From: Chiloscyllium plagiosum
Lineage: Eukaryota
NCBI RefSeq assembly: GCF_004010195.1
Contig: NC_057718.1
Coordinates: 47,057,360-47,105,709, forward strand
Direction of reading: 5' to 3'
DNA: 48,350 nt
Shown here: positions 23,755 through 34,849 of the stretch, piece after piece
Position numbering within the stretch: the stretch's first letter is position 1
How the letters are laid out: every line of letters starts with the position of its first letter
Made by a program: the position numbers and the translations under genes
The notes under the pieces: model-generated
What the model was told of the DNA's origin: nothing
The model's database searches: none
Seen by the model: the letters and a program-made list of their open reading frames with translations, nothing else

Positions 23755-24698
23755 CTAGTTCAAACCCTCCCAAAGTGCTCTCGCAAATCTCCTGCCTAGG
23801 ACATTGGTGCCCCTCCAGTTTAAGTGCAACCCATCCTTCATGTACAGGTCCCACCTTCCCCAGAAGGCACCCCAGTGATCTACGTATCTGAAGCCCTCCC
23901 TCCTGCACCAGTCCTGTAACCACGTGTTTAGCTGTAGTCCCTCCCTGTTCCTCGCCTCACTAGCATGTGGCACTGGTAGTAATCCTGAGATTACTACTCT
24001 GCTCGTCCTGCTTTTTAGCTTGCACCCTAACTTCCTGAAATCGCTTTTTAGATCCACATCCCTTTTCCTGGCTATGTCATTGGTGCCAATGTACACCACG
24101 GCTTCTGGCTGCTCATCCTCCCCCTTCAGAATCTTGTAGACATGATCAGAGACATCCTGGACCCTGGCACCTGGGAAGCAAAATACCTTCCAGGAGGCTC
24201 GTTCACAACCACAGAATCTCCTGTCTGTTCCACTAAATATTGAGTCTCCTACCACTAGTGCTTTTCTATTCTCCCCCCTTCCCTCATTTCCTTCTGAGTC
24301 ACAGAGCCAGGCTCAGTGCCAGAAACCTGGCCACTATGGCTTTTCCCTAGTAAGTCACACCCCACACCCCCAATAGTATCCGAAACAGTACACTTATTAT
24401 TAAGGGAACAGCCACAGGGGATCCCTGCACTGTCTGCATATTCCCTTTCTGTCCCCTGACTGTAACCCATCTACTTTTTTCCTGTACTGAGATGAGACTA
24501 CCTTCCTGTAACTTCTAGTATCCCCTCAGCCTCCCAAATGATCCAAAGTTCATCCAGCTTCAGCTCCAATTCCCTAATGTGGTTTCCAAGGAACTGGTGT
24601 TGGGTGAACTTCCTGCAGATGAAGTCAGTGGGGACACTAGTGGTCACCCTTACCTCCCATATTCTATAGGAGAAGCAGTCAACTTCCCTAACACCCAT
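23755..24698 (-). pseudogene. CR1 ORF1 (N-terminal zinc-finger-like region plus SGNH esterase), disrupted upstream of an open esterase domain
   Basis: ATG at 24698, VDCFSYRIWE..FICRKF; esterase 23755-24255 open with GDS, PGA, GTND and DGLH blocks. Confidence 0.85.
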
Positions 24699-24932
24699 TT
24701 CCACTGTTCTGAATTCCCAAAGAGACTATTGAGAAGAAAAAAAAACTAGTAACCTTACTGAATCGGCACACAAAACCTTTTGTTTTGGTTAGAGGAGGAG
24801 GATGGGTGGGATTCAATACCTAAGTAGTGTTTCAGGTAAAGCAACTGCCCAAATATATTACCTCACTTACTCAACAGTCTTGAGTCTGCTCCTGCTCAGT
24901 GTGTGCTCCGCCTATTCATGAGGTAAGTTATT

Positions 24933-25075
24933 AAAGGATTAATTTACCTTCCCAGCAGCCCCTGATCCTCACTCTCACTGTTCCCACTGCTGCTGCAATA
25001 ATGGAGGCTGCTGATCCCGCGAGCTAAGTTTTCAAAGGATTAATTTACCTTCCCAGCAGCCCCCGATCCTCGTTC
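24933..25075. repeat. Two-copy, roughly 100-bp-period repeat in the CR1 5' UTR
   Basis: aaaggattaatttaccttcccagcagcccc.gatcctc..tctcac at about 24933 and 25034. Confidence 0.85.
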
Positions 25076-25569
25076 TCACCGCTCTTGTAGACAGTACATA
25101 AGGCTAGCACTGTACATTGGTGTTGGAGGAACTGAATGATGAAAGTTGGGGTGTCAAGCAAGCAGGCTGCTTTGTCCTGGATGGTGTCAAGCTTTATGTG
25201 TGTTGCAGGAGTTGCAGTCATCCAGACAATCCAAAAGAACTAGCTTTGGTGAACTTAGTTATTAGTTTTGCACATAAATGGAGCTTATGATTACCATTAC
25301 TCAATTCATGGTCTGAGAAAAAGTAGGTGTGTCAGCTATGGTAATAAAGGATAGCAAATTAAAGCCATCTGTCAGGAGACATATTCCGTTACATAATACA
25401 GTGCTACCAGTTACAAATAGGCCCCTGCATTGAATGAGTGGAATTTGTTACTGTTGACAAACATCATGATTTTGACCAAAGGTGAAGAGAACTCCCTTCA
25501 GTATAAAGGCAACTAATTTCTTAAAGCTACAAACAGTCGCCTCCCAATCATGTCTCATTATTAACTCTT

Positions 25570-26745
25570 GGCAACCGAAGAAATGCCAACAGTGTTGATG
25601 GTGCTAGAGTATTATTGTACATTCAACTGTGCAGGATCATTCATAGACCTATGCACATAAAGTTTAAGGATATGGAGCTAAAGTTGTTATGCAGACTGTG
25701 CATTTCAAGACTGTAGAGCTGCATGACTGGGGATAATGCAGGATGACAGTTACACTGCTAATCACCACAGACATTGCAAGTATCATAAATATGGAGGACA
25801 CAAATATCTTTCACTTGGAAGCATTAGGGTCATGAAGGATGCACCTCATCTTGGATAGGCAGCAGTAGGGCATGGTTTCGCCTAACAAATGAGCAGACAT
25901 ATCAGGGCCAATCCGGAATGAGCTGCCAGAGGAAGTGGTGGAGGCTGGTACAATTATAACATTTAAAAGGCATCTGGATGGGTACATGAATAGTATATGG
26001 GCCAAATGCTGGAAAATGGGACTAGGTCAGCTCTAATCTTGACTCTGATCTCCAGCATTTGCAGTCCTCACTTTCGCCAGATTGGGATATCTGGTCAGCG
26101 TGGATGAGTTGGACCAGAGGGTCTTTTTCCAATCATTATTCCCAATCTTGGTATTTCTTCCTCTTTCATTCCATGAGAGGATAGGGCACTTGGAGAGAAG
26201 GCAAAGTACATCACCTCCTTCTCACTGAACCAATGGTGCAAACATTTGTAGCTAAAGTGATGGAATGAAGGTCCAAGCATATATCCAACAGATCTCAGCA
26301 GGAAATGCCACCTGTACATGATTTGTGGTGCCTCTGCCAGAAGTTCCCCTGTTTGCCTCTGCATCTCTGTCAGCTCAGTAATGGCTAGGACAATAGGGTC
26401 AGCAGGATCCTGTTCTTCAGCAGTCCTCCAATTGTCAGAAATCTCAGCTAGTTCTTTCTTCTGCAGCAATGGGTCTATGTCAATGTTGTGATCACCAGAA
26501 CATGACCCTAAGTCTATTCTAGACAGATAACCACTGAGGTAAATAGCTCTGTGCTGGTGAAGGGTGAGAACAGAAACCTTGACAGTGCTTCCTCTGAAAA
26601 TCTCAACTGTTGTCCTCAGAGGTGTGTTAGGCAGGGCATAGACCTAGGACCTCAGGGTATTCTTCTCTTTGTCCTGCTTTGAAAGTGGCATCTTGAAGCT
26701 GCAGAGAAAAATAAAAATTTGTTAGTGTTGTGACTCACCATTTTT
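25570..26745 (-). mobile_element. Probable decayed PIF/Harbinger element (Myb/SANT accessory ORF 3' exon remnant)
   Basis: Strong acceptor tttttatttttctctgcag about 26700, then decayed SPFTSTELFTSV...SGDH...DPIVLAITELTEMQRQ, resembling shark Harbinger accessory proteins (from memory); no TIRs seen. Confidence 0.4.
25915..26130 (+). mobile_element. CR1 3' end with a tiny Penelope pLTR fragment (about 26030-26075) inserted
   Basis: ggaatgagctgccagaggaagtggtggaggctggtacaatt is identical to 43657-43697; insert ctctgatctccagcatttgcagtcctcactttc is the near reverse complement of about 21382-21414. Confidence 0.8.
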
Positions 26746-26919
26746 ACTCAAGCTTTCATTAATTCTACTTCTTTCTCCACAGATGCAGCCAGTTTCTCCA
26801 ACAATTTCTATGACAGAGAAACACTGTCTGGGTGCATTTTAAACATCAGATATTGGAGCCCAGAATGTCCCAATGGAGGGTAGAATGTCTTGCTGACATG
26901 CTCAAAATACTTAGCATTT

Positions 26920-28830
26920 TATCATTTCAAGAATACATAATGAGCTGAGAAGAATATAATTGCATTGAAAAACTTGACACGGAGTGGGAGAGTTTTAATT
27001 TCAGAGGCTTAATTTCAGAATAAGGAGTTATTCGTTTAAGATAGAGATGAACATAGAAAGTATAGCACAGTACGGGCCCTTCAGCTCTTGATGTTGTGCT
27101 GGCCTTTTATCCTATTCGAACAGCAGATTACTTTAGTTGCACTATCTTCCTTGTGTCTATCCAAGAGTTGCTTAAATGTCGCTAATGTATCTGAGTCTAC
27201 TACAACTACCGGCAGGAAGAAGGGTTACACTTGAAATGTCAACTTCTCCACCTCCTGATGCAGCCTGGCTTGCTGTGTTCGTCCAGCCTCCTGCCTGTCT
27301 ACTTTGGATTCCAGCATCTGCAGTTTCTTTGTCTCTAACCAAGTGCATTCCACCCAATCACCACTCTGAGTAAAGAACCTACCTCTGACATCTCTCTTAA
27401 ACCTTCCTCTAATTATCTTAAAATTATACCCCTCATAATAGCCATTTCTGCCATGGGAAAAAGTCTCTGGCTATTCACTCTGTCTATGCCTCTCAACACC
27501 TTGTCCACCTCTATCAAGTCACATCTCATCCTTCTTCACTCCAATGAGAAAAGCCCTTGCTAGCTTAAACTTTCTTCATAAGACCTGCCCTCCAGTCCAG
27601 GCAGCAACCTGGTAAATCTCCTCAGCACTTTCCCGCAAGCTTCCACATCCTTCCTATAATGAGGCAACCAGAAATGAACAGAATATTCCAAGTGCGGTCT
27701 AATCAGTGCTCTATAGAGCTGCAGCATAACCTCGTGGTTCTTAAATTCAATTCCCCCTGCTAATGAAAGCTAACACACCATACACCTTATTAACAACCCA
27801 ATCAACTTAGGTGGAAACTTTAAGGAATCTATGGACATGGACCCCAAGATCCCCCTGTTCCTCCACACTGCCAAGAATCCTGCCTTTAATCCTGTATTCT
27901 GCATTCAAATTCAACCTTCCAAAGTGAATGACTTCACAATTTTCTAGGTTGAATTCCATCTGCCATTTAACAGCCCAGCTCTGCATCCTGTCAATGTCCT
28001 GTTGCAACCTACAACAGCCCTCCACACTATCTACCACTCCACCAACCTTCCTGTTGTCAGCAAACTTACTAACCCACCCTCCCACTTCCTCATCCAAGTC
28101 ATTTATAAAAATCATAAAATGCAGATGTCCCACAATTGATACCGGTGGAACACCACCGGTCACCGAGCTCCAGGCTCCATCTACCACCACCCTCTGTCTT
28201 CTATGGGCCAGCCAATTCTATATCAAGATGGCCAGATTTCCCTGTATCCCATGCCTCCTTACTTTCTGAATGAGCCGACCATGGGGAGCCTTATCGAATG
28301 CCTTGCTCAAATCCATGTACACAGCATCCACTGTTCTACCTTCATCAACATATTTTCTCACGTCTTCAAAGAATTCAATAAGCTTTGTGAGGCATGACCT
28401 GCCTCTCACAAAACCATGCAGACTATTTCTAATCAAACTATGGTTTTCCAAGTAATCATAAATCCTGTCTCTCAGAAATGGAACACTTTCAGATGAGAAG
28501 GAGTTTTTTTCTCTTAGAGGGTAGTCAATCTGTGGAATTCTTTACCACAGATGGCTGTCGAGGCTGGATCATAAGGTATATTCAAAGCTAAGGTAAACAG
28601 ATTTTTAATCACTAAGGGGGCCAGGGGTTATGGGGAAAAGGCAGGAACGTGGAGTTCAGGGAATATCAGAGCAACCATGGTCTCATTGAATGGCAGAGCA
28701 GACTTGGTGGGCTGAATGACTTAGTTCTGCTTCTGTGTCATATGGTTTTATAGTCAGACAATCATGTTGTATCTATTAGCATTGAATTGTCTAAACAAAA
28801 TTAAGTTCAGCTCCTATGTCTTATGGATGT
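26920..28830 (+). mobile_element. Older plus-strand CR1 3' fragment split by a younger CR1
   Basis: agaataaggag...tttaagatagagatga resumes agatgagaaggagtttttttctct...tgtggaattc; tail ctatgtcttatg. Confidence 0.65.
27051..28490 (-). mobile_element. 5'-truncated HER1/CR1 LINE (RT C-terminal half) with a Penelope pLTR fragment at about 27216-27338
   Basis: HGFVRGRSCLTKLIEFFE, DLSKAFDKAPH, KFADN, WAVKWQMEFN; same family as 20635-25082; flanked by agatga (27045-27050, 28491-28496). Confidence 0.9.
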
Positions 28831-28849
28831 ATGGCCTGAGTGGAAATAC

Positions 28850-28932
28850 CTCTTCTTTTTGTCTGACTTCACACTTTGTCTCAAAAAGAAAACTCCACCC
28901 AGTGATACAGTTCTCAATGAATCACAGTTCAG
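28850..28932 (-). CDS. Putative internal coding exon (LNCDSLRTVSLGGVFFLRQSVKSDKKKR)
   Basis: Branch site plus acceptor ctaacttacgttgcag|C, donor AG|gtattt; 83 bp; only one frame open (phase 0 to 2). Confidence 0.5.
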
Positions 28933-29419
28933 CTGCAACGTAAGTTAGACACATCATCATTTATGGGAGGGGCAGGAAAAGCAGTATAGTTTAGTACAGT
29001 ACATTATAGGGAAATACATTTATAGGAAGAGGAATGTGTGACTGATATTCTGCAGAATGCAGCAAAACCACTGGAATCCTAGGAGGAACATTCACTGGGA
29101 TCATTTCTATCTAACAGAGAGAAGGAGACGGCTCTGGGGTGGATGGCCCAGGATTTAATCAAGCTATCAAAAAGGAGCAGGATGATGAGTGGGACAGACA
29201 CAGCAGTAAACTTTTAGTTGTAGTGTATTTAGTAACTAGTGAGAAAGAGGATCGGGTACGTGTGCAACTGGAAAATAAAGAGTACAAATCCGCTGTTGTG
29301 ATTCATTTAAGAACTAAGTACAAGGGAGGAAATGGGAAAAGAATATCTCCCAATAGACCATCAAGAGCTTGGTGCCTGATTAAAGTCCAGTATTCTCTAG
29401 ACATTAATTTTTTCATTCA

Positions 29420-30085
29420 GTAGTGTCCTGGGCCCAATTATCTTCAGCTGCTTCATCATAATGTCAGAAGTGGGGATGTTCATTGATGATTGCACAATGT
29501 TTAATACCATCCACAGATACAGAAGTTTCTATTTCAATTTTTTCTTGAGTTCAGATAATACTGCCTAATGTGGTTTCTGTACAGTGCCAGTCAGCTTCCC
29601 TGCTGAAAAGCAGTAAGAGTACGACTTAGCACCTCCATATTGAAGTGTTCAAAATGCAAATTCACACTTCTTCCACCTCCAACAGTGGCAAAAGAGGGTG
29701 CCATCTCAAAGATAAGCTGCAGCAAGTAATCCAGGCATCCTCAACAATTTTTGCAGAAATTCACCAAAGATCTTGAGATAGAACCTTCCAAAGTCATGAT
29801 CACAACCATTTAGAAAAAGGGCAGCAGACACATGAGACCACCACCACCTGCAAGTTCCCCTCCAAGCCACTTACCATCCTGACTTGGAAATATAGCACTG
29901 TTCCTTCACTGTTGCTGGATCAAAATCCTGGATTTCTCCCCCTAAGGGCATTGTGAATTTACCTACAGCAGGTGGATTGCAGAAGATTAAGAAGGGAGCT
30001 CACCACCACATTCTCAAGGGGGACTAGTGACAGGCAATAAACATTGGCCCAGCCAGTGATGGCCACAATATGGGTGAATAAAAAC
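29420..30085 (+). mobile_element. Second LINE family, RT fragment and 3' tail
   Basis: SVLGPIIFSCFI..SEVGMFIDDCTMF; tail ctcaccaccacattctcaaggg...ggcaataaa...ggcccagccagtgat. Confidence 0.8.
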
Positions 30086-30309
30086 AATATTGTTGAGGTG
30101 GCCTTGATTACTTGCTGCAGCTAATGTTTGAGATAGTACACACTACTGCCACTGTTGGAGGTGGAGGAAGTGTGAATTTGCATTTTGAACACTTCAATAT
30201 GAAGGCACTGGGTCCAGCACTACAGGAGTCCGACTCTTATAGCTTCTCAGAAGGGAAGCTGATTGGCATTGTACAGGAATCAGGCAGGGTAGTATTATCT
30301 GAACCCAAG

Positions 30310-30556
30310 AAAAATCTGGAATAAAAAGTTAGTCTAATTGTAACCATGTGATTACTATTGATTGTTATAAAAACCCATCTGGTTCACTAATGACCTTTAG
30401 GGAAAGAAATCTGCCATCCTGACCTCGTCTGGTTTCCATGTGATTCCAGACCAACAGGAATGGAGTTGATTTATAACTGACCTCTGGGCAATTAGGAGTG
30501 GGCAATAAATACTGGCTTAGCCAGTGTTGTCCATATCCATGAACAAACTTTTAAAA
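30310..30556 (+). mobile_element. SINE (3' part) sharing its tail with the second LINE family
   Basis: aaaacccatctggttcactaatgacctttagggaa..ctgccatcct..ccagacc joined to gggcaattagg..gggcaataaatactggc. Confidence 0.75.
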
Positions 30557-30849
30557 AGCCTGCTCTTCTTGAAGGAAGGTTGTCCCAATTAAAAAGGAGC
30601 TAATCTACTGAACTACTCATAAGTTATTTTCGAATGAAGTTAGAATTTTTTGGGGTAGCAAGTAAGGAAGATGGCTCTCAGATTTAGTGAAGCCATCTTG
30701 GGGATGCTGGTGATGCAGCTGGGACTGGTAGCGAAGCTATGTTTGCCTAGGTGACCCTTATGTACCACTGACTGCTGGTAATGGGAACAGTTCACCAGGG
30801 AGATAAATGCCTAGGCACTGACATGAATACATGACAGAAGAAATAAGCA

Positions 30850-32020
30850 TTGTGGCTCACACAGAAATGATTGAATGCATTCTCACATTCTTAGGGCAGG
30901 ATTTTTGGAACTGACCAGAGAGCACATATTGTGGTATTGTCTAATATGACAGGATGAACTAATGACCTCAAAGTTAAGGCACCCATAGGCAGCAGCAACC
31001 ACAATATGATTACATTTTACCTTCAGTTTACAAGTGAGAAGATTGGATCTAAACTCCCACTTTAAACAAATATGTAGACGTGAAATCTGAACTTGCTAAA
31101 GTGAACAGTTGTATTAGGTTGGGGATGGATCAATAGAATTGGATATGACAAATGGAATCCCACAAGGTTCTGTGTTGTGGCCTCAACCCTTTACAATTTA
31201 CATCAATGACTTTGATGTAGAGAGTGAAAAAAATGGTTGATAATTCACAAATGATACAAAGATAGATAGGAAGATATGTTGTGAAGACATAAGAAGACAA
31301 AAGAAATCTGAAGCACAATGAGATTTACAAGTAGTGCAAGATTCTCTTAAGGCTAATATGTAGGTTCAGCTGGCAGCTAGGAAGTCAAATACAATGTTAG
31401 CATTCATTTCAAGAGGTTAGAATACATGAGCAGGGATACACTGCTGAGGCTGTACAAAGATCTGGTCAGACCAGACATTTGCAATATTGTAAGCAGCTCT
31501 TGAGCCCCATATCTGAAAATGGAGTGTTGTTTTTGAGGGGGTCCAGAGGAGGTTTCAAGAATGATCCTGGGAATGAAGGGCTTGACATATGAGGAGCAGT
31601 TGAGCACTTTGAATCTGTACTTAATGGAGTCTAAAAGAATGACCGATGGGGAGCTCATTGAAACTTACAAAAAACTGAGAGGCCTGGATAGAGTAGATGT
31701 GGAGAAGATGTTTCTACTACTAGAAGAGACTAGGACCCAAGGGCACAGCCTCAGAACAAAGGGAGAATATTTTAGAACTAAGATGAGAAGGAGTTTCTTC
31801 AGCCAGAAGGTGGTTAACCTGTGGAACGCATTGCTGCAGAAGGCTGTGGAGGCCAAGTCATTGCCTGTCTTTGAGACAGAGATACACAGATTCTCGATTA
31901 ATGAGGGGATCAAAAGTTGTGGGGAGAGGGTAGGATAATGGGATTGAGAAACATATCAGCCAAGGAGCAAACTCAATGGGCCAAATGGCCTAATTCTTTT
32001 CCTATATTTTATAGTCTTAT
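30850..32020 (+). mobile_element. CR1 LINE with large internal deletions
   Basis: ggcagcagcaaccacaatatgatt (GSSNHNMI, APE end), PQGSVL, ORF 31561..31938 FFSQKVVNLWNAL, tail ttatagtcttat. Confidence 0.8.
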
Positions 32021-32545
32021 AAGGGATTTGTAAACAAATACAGGTAGGTTGAATAACTGGAAAAAATTTGAAAGATGAAGTATAATGTGGGTGAAAACAA
32101 CAAATGCTGGAGATCACAGTGGGTCAAACAGTGTTCATGGAGAGAAAGCAAACTAGTGTTTCAACTCCAGATGACTCTTCATCAGAGCTGAATATAAAAA
32201 ATCAACAGTTGGCACTTTGGCAAGAAAAATAAAAAAAATTGAATATTGCTTAAATGGAGAATGAATGCAAAATTCTGAAATGTCGAGAGATTTAGTTTTG
32301 CCACATGACTCACAAAAAATTAATACGCAGGTATGGCACGAAATCACAAAGGTTAATGGGATGACATTCCTTGTTACGAAAGTGATTGAACATAAAAGTA
32401 AGGATGTTTTCTAACACTTATACAGGGTATGCAGTTTTGGTCTTAGTTAAGGAATTATATTGGCAAAAAATTCAGAGGAGGTTTATTTGGTTGATACCTG
32501 GAATGAGCAGATTGTCTTAATGGATACCTTGGATTTGCTTCCACT
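32020..32545 (+). mobile_element. Old CR1 fragment containing a Penelope pLTR fragment (about 32093-32195) with a degenerate hammerhead
   Basis: Insert aaaacaacaaatgctggagatcacagtgggtca...; minus strand CTGATGA-a-GAGTC-atctg-GAGTT-GAAAC. Confidence 0.6.
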
Positions 32546-33188
32546 GGAGGAAAGCCTAAGGACAAGCTTCTGAGCTCATGTCTTCTGTTTCTTTGGGATG
32601 AATTCAATGTGAGGCTGGAGCATTCTTCTAGAAGAGAGTGACTGTAAGAACTTAACGTTGTATTTCCTGAGCAAGCTGAGCCAGCTAACACCCAAGAGAC
32701 AACTTACATGATTAGTGACTTGACCACAAATGTAAGACCACCAGGTCAATAGATTTCCAAACATTCTGGGCCTTTTCTTTTCCTTGCCTACAGGAATAAC
32801 CAGCCTTGAGCAGAAAACATTTTTAAAGTGAATTTAAGCAGTAAGAAATCTACTATTTTCTCCTTACCTGAACTGTGTATGTGTTTGTTGTCTGTGTTTA
32901 TTTTGGGTTATTTAGAGGACCAAACATTTACATTTTCATATAACAAATTGTGTATATTAACCAATTCTGTATCTTCATTCAACAGGTTTTGATTTATAAT
33001 AAATGAGTAATTTTGTATTTACTAAAGGAACCTGGTTGATGGATCTTTTCATCTTATGTCTAATATAGAGAAAGCATACAATTGGCCATGTTGAGACATG
33101 AGCAAAATATCGTTTTAATTCATGTAGTAATCTGTGAAGCAGCAGATACTGAGAAAGATGGTGTACTCCTCCAGTCCGAGTTGTAACA
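32545..33188 (+). mobile_element. LTR fragment (3' part)
   Basis: aataaa at about 32998 and terminal ...gtactcctccagtccgagttgtaaca (ends in CA); 5' boundary uncertain. Confidence 0.5.
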
Positions 33189-33194
33189 CTTTCC

Positions 33195-33385
33195 ATTGAG
33201 ACTATCCCATCCCTAACAGGATGAACTCAGTGATAGTGATGGTGGAGTTTTGCACATTGGCTGAAAGTTATGATTTGATGAGTAAGACTATTAGCTAGGT
33301 GGGTACTTTACTAGCTTGTGGGAGAATGTTCTCAATTAAGACACAATTCTGCAAGTGTTAGTAGAGAGGAATTTGCAATGGTGAC
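33195..33385 (-). mobile_element. Decayed endonuclease-start fragment of the second LINE family
   Basis: Reverse complement resembles about 19520-19700. Confidence 0.4.
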
Positions 33386-33487
33386 TCTAAAGTATATGCA
33401 TCTAAAAGACAATAAGCGCTAATACTGATTGAGAGCAATAAGCACCACTCATTGAGGACTGAAGGGGAGAGTAACTAAAGATGTTAA

Positions 33488-33674
33488 TAATGTAGAGGTG
33501 CTGGTGTGGGAATGGGGTGGAGCAAGTAAAAATCACAGGAAACCAGGTTATAGTCCAACAGGTTTATTTGGAGGTACAAGGTTTGGGAGTGTTGTTGCTT
33601 CGTCAGGTAGCTAGTGAAAGCTTGTACTTCCAAATAAACCTGTTGGACTATAAACTGGTGTTGTGTGATTTTTA
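33488..33674. mobile_element. Penelope-derived fold-back element
   Basis: Inverted arms 33527-33584 and 33617-33674 (ttatagtccaacaggtttatttgga / tccaaataaacctgttggactataa); loop has a decayed CTGACGA..CAAAC hammerhead remnant on minus. Confidence 0.75.
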
Positions 33675-34849
33675 AAGGAGGCAGAACTAGGGCCTGGCCC
33701 TTCAAAAGTCTTTGTAATAATATGTACTATGTCTTCGTAGTATGCAAATATGAAGGGATGCAGTAGTCTATATCTTGTTTCCTACAAAAGGCTGTTCTTC
33801 TTGGACTTGAAGCTGACTATAGATATTCACATTAAATGATGTGAGCTCTGGAGAAATATACACCAAGAAGTTACTGGTGGCAGCACACACAATATTATGT
33901 TTAGCCTCACCATACAATATGGTGATCAGTGATGGCGATCTGAAGATTTGCCTTAGATTCACCATGCATGGTGATCAGCAATGCTGATCTGAATAGGATC
34001 TGAAGGCTGTTCTGTCTACTTATTTAGTATTGTGAGCAGTGCTGTGAAGATAATTGATAGAGACATGAAGATCTAAAGAACCCCCAAGAAGAAAAGCAGA
34101 GGAACATTCTATACTGAAGCATACTTGAAAGAAAACAGAAAGAGTATCTGATTTAGTCAAAGATGCTATGGAACAAAACAAATCTGAAGCTGCAAGGCAA
34201 AGGTACAAACTGTATCGCAAAGCAGTGGGTCAGTGGGAGTATTTCTGAGTCCGGCTTTAGCCAGGCAGGGAAAAGTCATTGGACTTCACTTAAGTCAAAA
34301 CTGTATTGTAGATGATCCAGTAGTTCAGGTTGAAAGGGTTAAAAAACAAACCACAGCTCAGATCAGATGTGCTACTACTACATGAAATTATGAGAAAGCA
34401 TGGCTAGAAAGAAACAGAAGTAACAGGGCTGAGACAGAAATTATAATTTGGGATCGGAGAGTCGGGGACATGAGAAACTAAGCAATTAGAAGCAGATGAA
34501 TTTTGAGCAAATTAAAGACATTAGCTGGTCCAGTCCAATGGAAAGTTTTCAGGCGATCCTTCAGAAAGCAGGAATCCTCTGATAAAACCAAAAAAAAAGC
34601 AGAATCATCAGTTAAACTGCAAAAAGTGGATATCATTAATTAAAGCCCCAAAAATTGATAGTCCTTAATTAAAGGGTATTTTAAAAAGGGTATACTGCCA
34701 TTACCATGTCAAAAAAGCCAGAATTCACAATGCAAGCCATAAATAAAGAATCTGAATTATTGTAAAATAAAAATCTTCAAAGCAGTTAAAATATCTGAGT
34801 ATAATCAGAAGCCATGGTATTAGTAATAATATTGTCAGAAAGATTTAAT

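Larger units (their letters stand above)
20635..25082 (-). mobile_element. Near full-length HER1/CR1 LINE (5' UTR, ORF1 zinc-finger plus esterase, disrupted ORF2 APE-RT, 3' tail)
   Basis: ORF2 peptides RGWGVALL, FYRPP, KEANVVPLFKKG, RPVSLTSV, DFSKAFDKVPH, GSVLGPL, KFADDT, LVRPHLEYCVQFWSP; tail at 20635-20670; flanked by tctt on both sides; frameshifts and stops. Confidence 0.95.

Noticed and set aside
24933..25075. CRISPR-like repeat-spacer array
   Set aside because: Only two copies, inside a CR1 5' UTR in a vertebrate genome.
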